Positions 15,675 to 15,765 of a DNA stretch of 15,765 nucleotides are shown piece by piece. The stretch is from Deinococcaceae bacterium. GTDB lineage: Bacteria > Deinococcota > Deinococci > Deinococcales > Trueperaceae. The DNA lies in the NCBI GenBank assembly GCA_040256005.1, contig JBDZWC010000070.1, positions 1 through 15,765 of the forward strand. Reading direction: 5' to 3'. A program made the position numbers and the translations under genes. The notes beneath the pieces are model-generated. The model was given only the letters and a program-made list of their open reading frames with translations, was not told where the DNA came from and did not search any database. Within the stretch, counting starts at the first letter, position 1; every line of letters begins with the position of its first letter.

Positions 15675-15765
15675 TGCCCAGACCGCTGAAGTCCGAGGAC
15701 CTGCTCGACCTGCGCTTCGTCTCCGACCCTCGGGTCTCGCCCTCCGGCGACCGGGTCGCCGCCGT
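15674..15765 (+). CDS. N-terminus of a probable S9-family (acylaminoacyl/prolyl oligo-) peptidase, truncated by the window end
   Basis: ATG 15674 overlaps the rlmB stop (TGATG), with GGAGG at 15665-15669. Translates as MPRPLKSEDLLDLRFVSDPRVSPSGDRVAAV, matching the usual 'EDL..L..VSDP..SPDG..VA' start of beta-propeller S9 peptidases. Only about 30 residues are visible. Confidence 0.7.
   Translation, partial: MPRPLKSEDLLDLRFVSDPRVSPSGDRVAA

Noticed and set aside
1..15765. A novel multi-gene system, mobile element, CRISPR array or structural RNA gene
   Set aside because: Nearly all bases are explained by recognisable genes, every intergenic gap is under 100 nt, and I found no transposase or integrase motifs, spaced repeats or tRNA/rRNA signatures.

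Overview
A high-GC housekeeping region, most consistent with a Deinococcota genome (Truepera/Thermus/Deinococcus-like; inferred from gene order and protein style, not from a search). Positions 1-12642 are a division/cell-wall (dcw) cluster on the + strand: ftsI (5'-truncated), murF, mraY, murD, ftsW, murG, murC, murB, ftsQ, ftsA, ftsZ, followed by a GC hairpin. Downstream are an ADP-ribose-pyrophosphatase-type Nudix gene, ribF, an opposite-strand RibD_C/DHFR-fold gene, rlmB, and the start of a probable S9 peptidase. I see no mobile element, CRISPR array, RNA gene or clearly new multi-gene system. The points worth a second look are fine-scale: (1) MraY lacks the normally invariant Asp of FMGD and has a Glu four residues later; (2) MurC and MurD have non-canonical ligand-binding motifs; (3) a perfect 8-bp inverted repeat sits on a probable internal, leaderless murF promoter; (4) a recurring TAnnnT motif lies 7-8 nt before start codons, with a similar copy inside ftsQ; (5) three possibly flavin-related genes are adjacent (Nudix, ribF, RibD_C).
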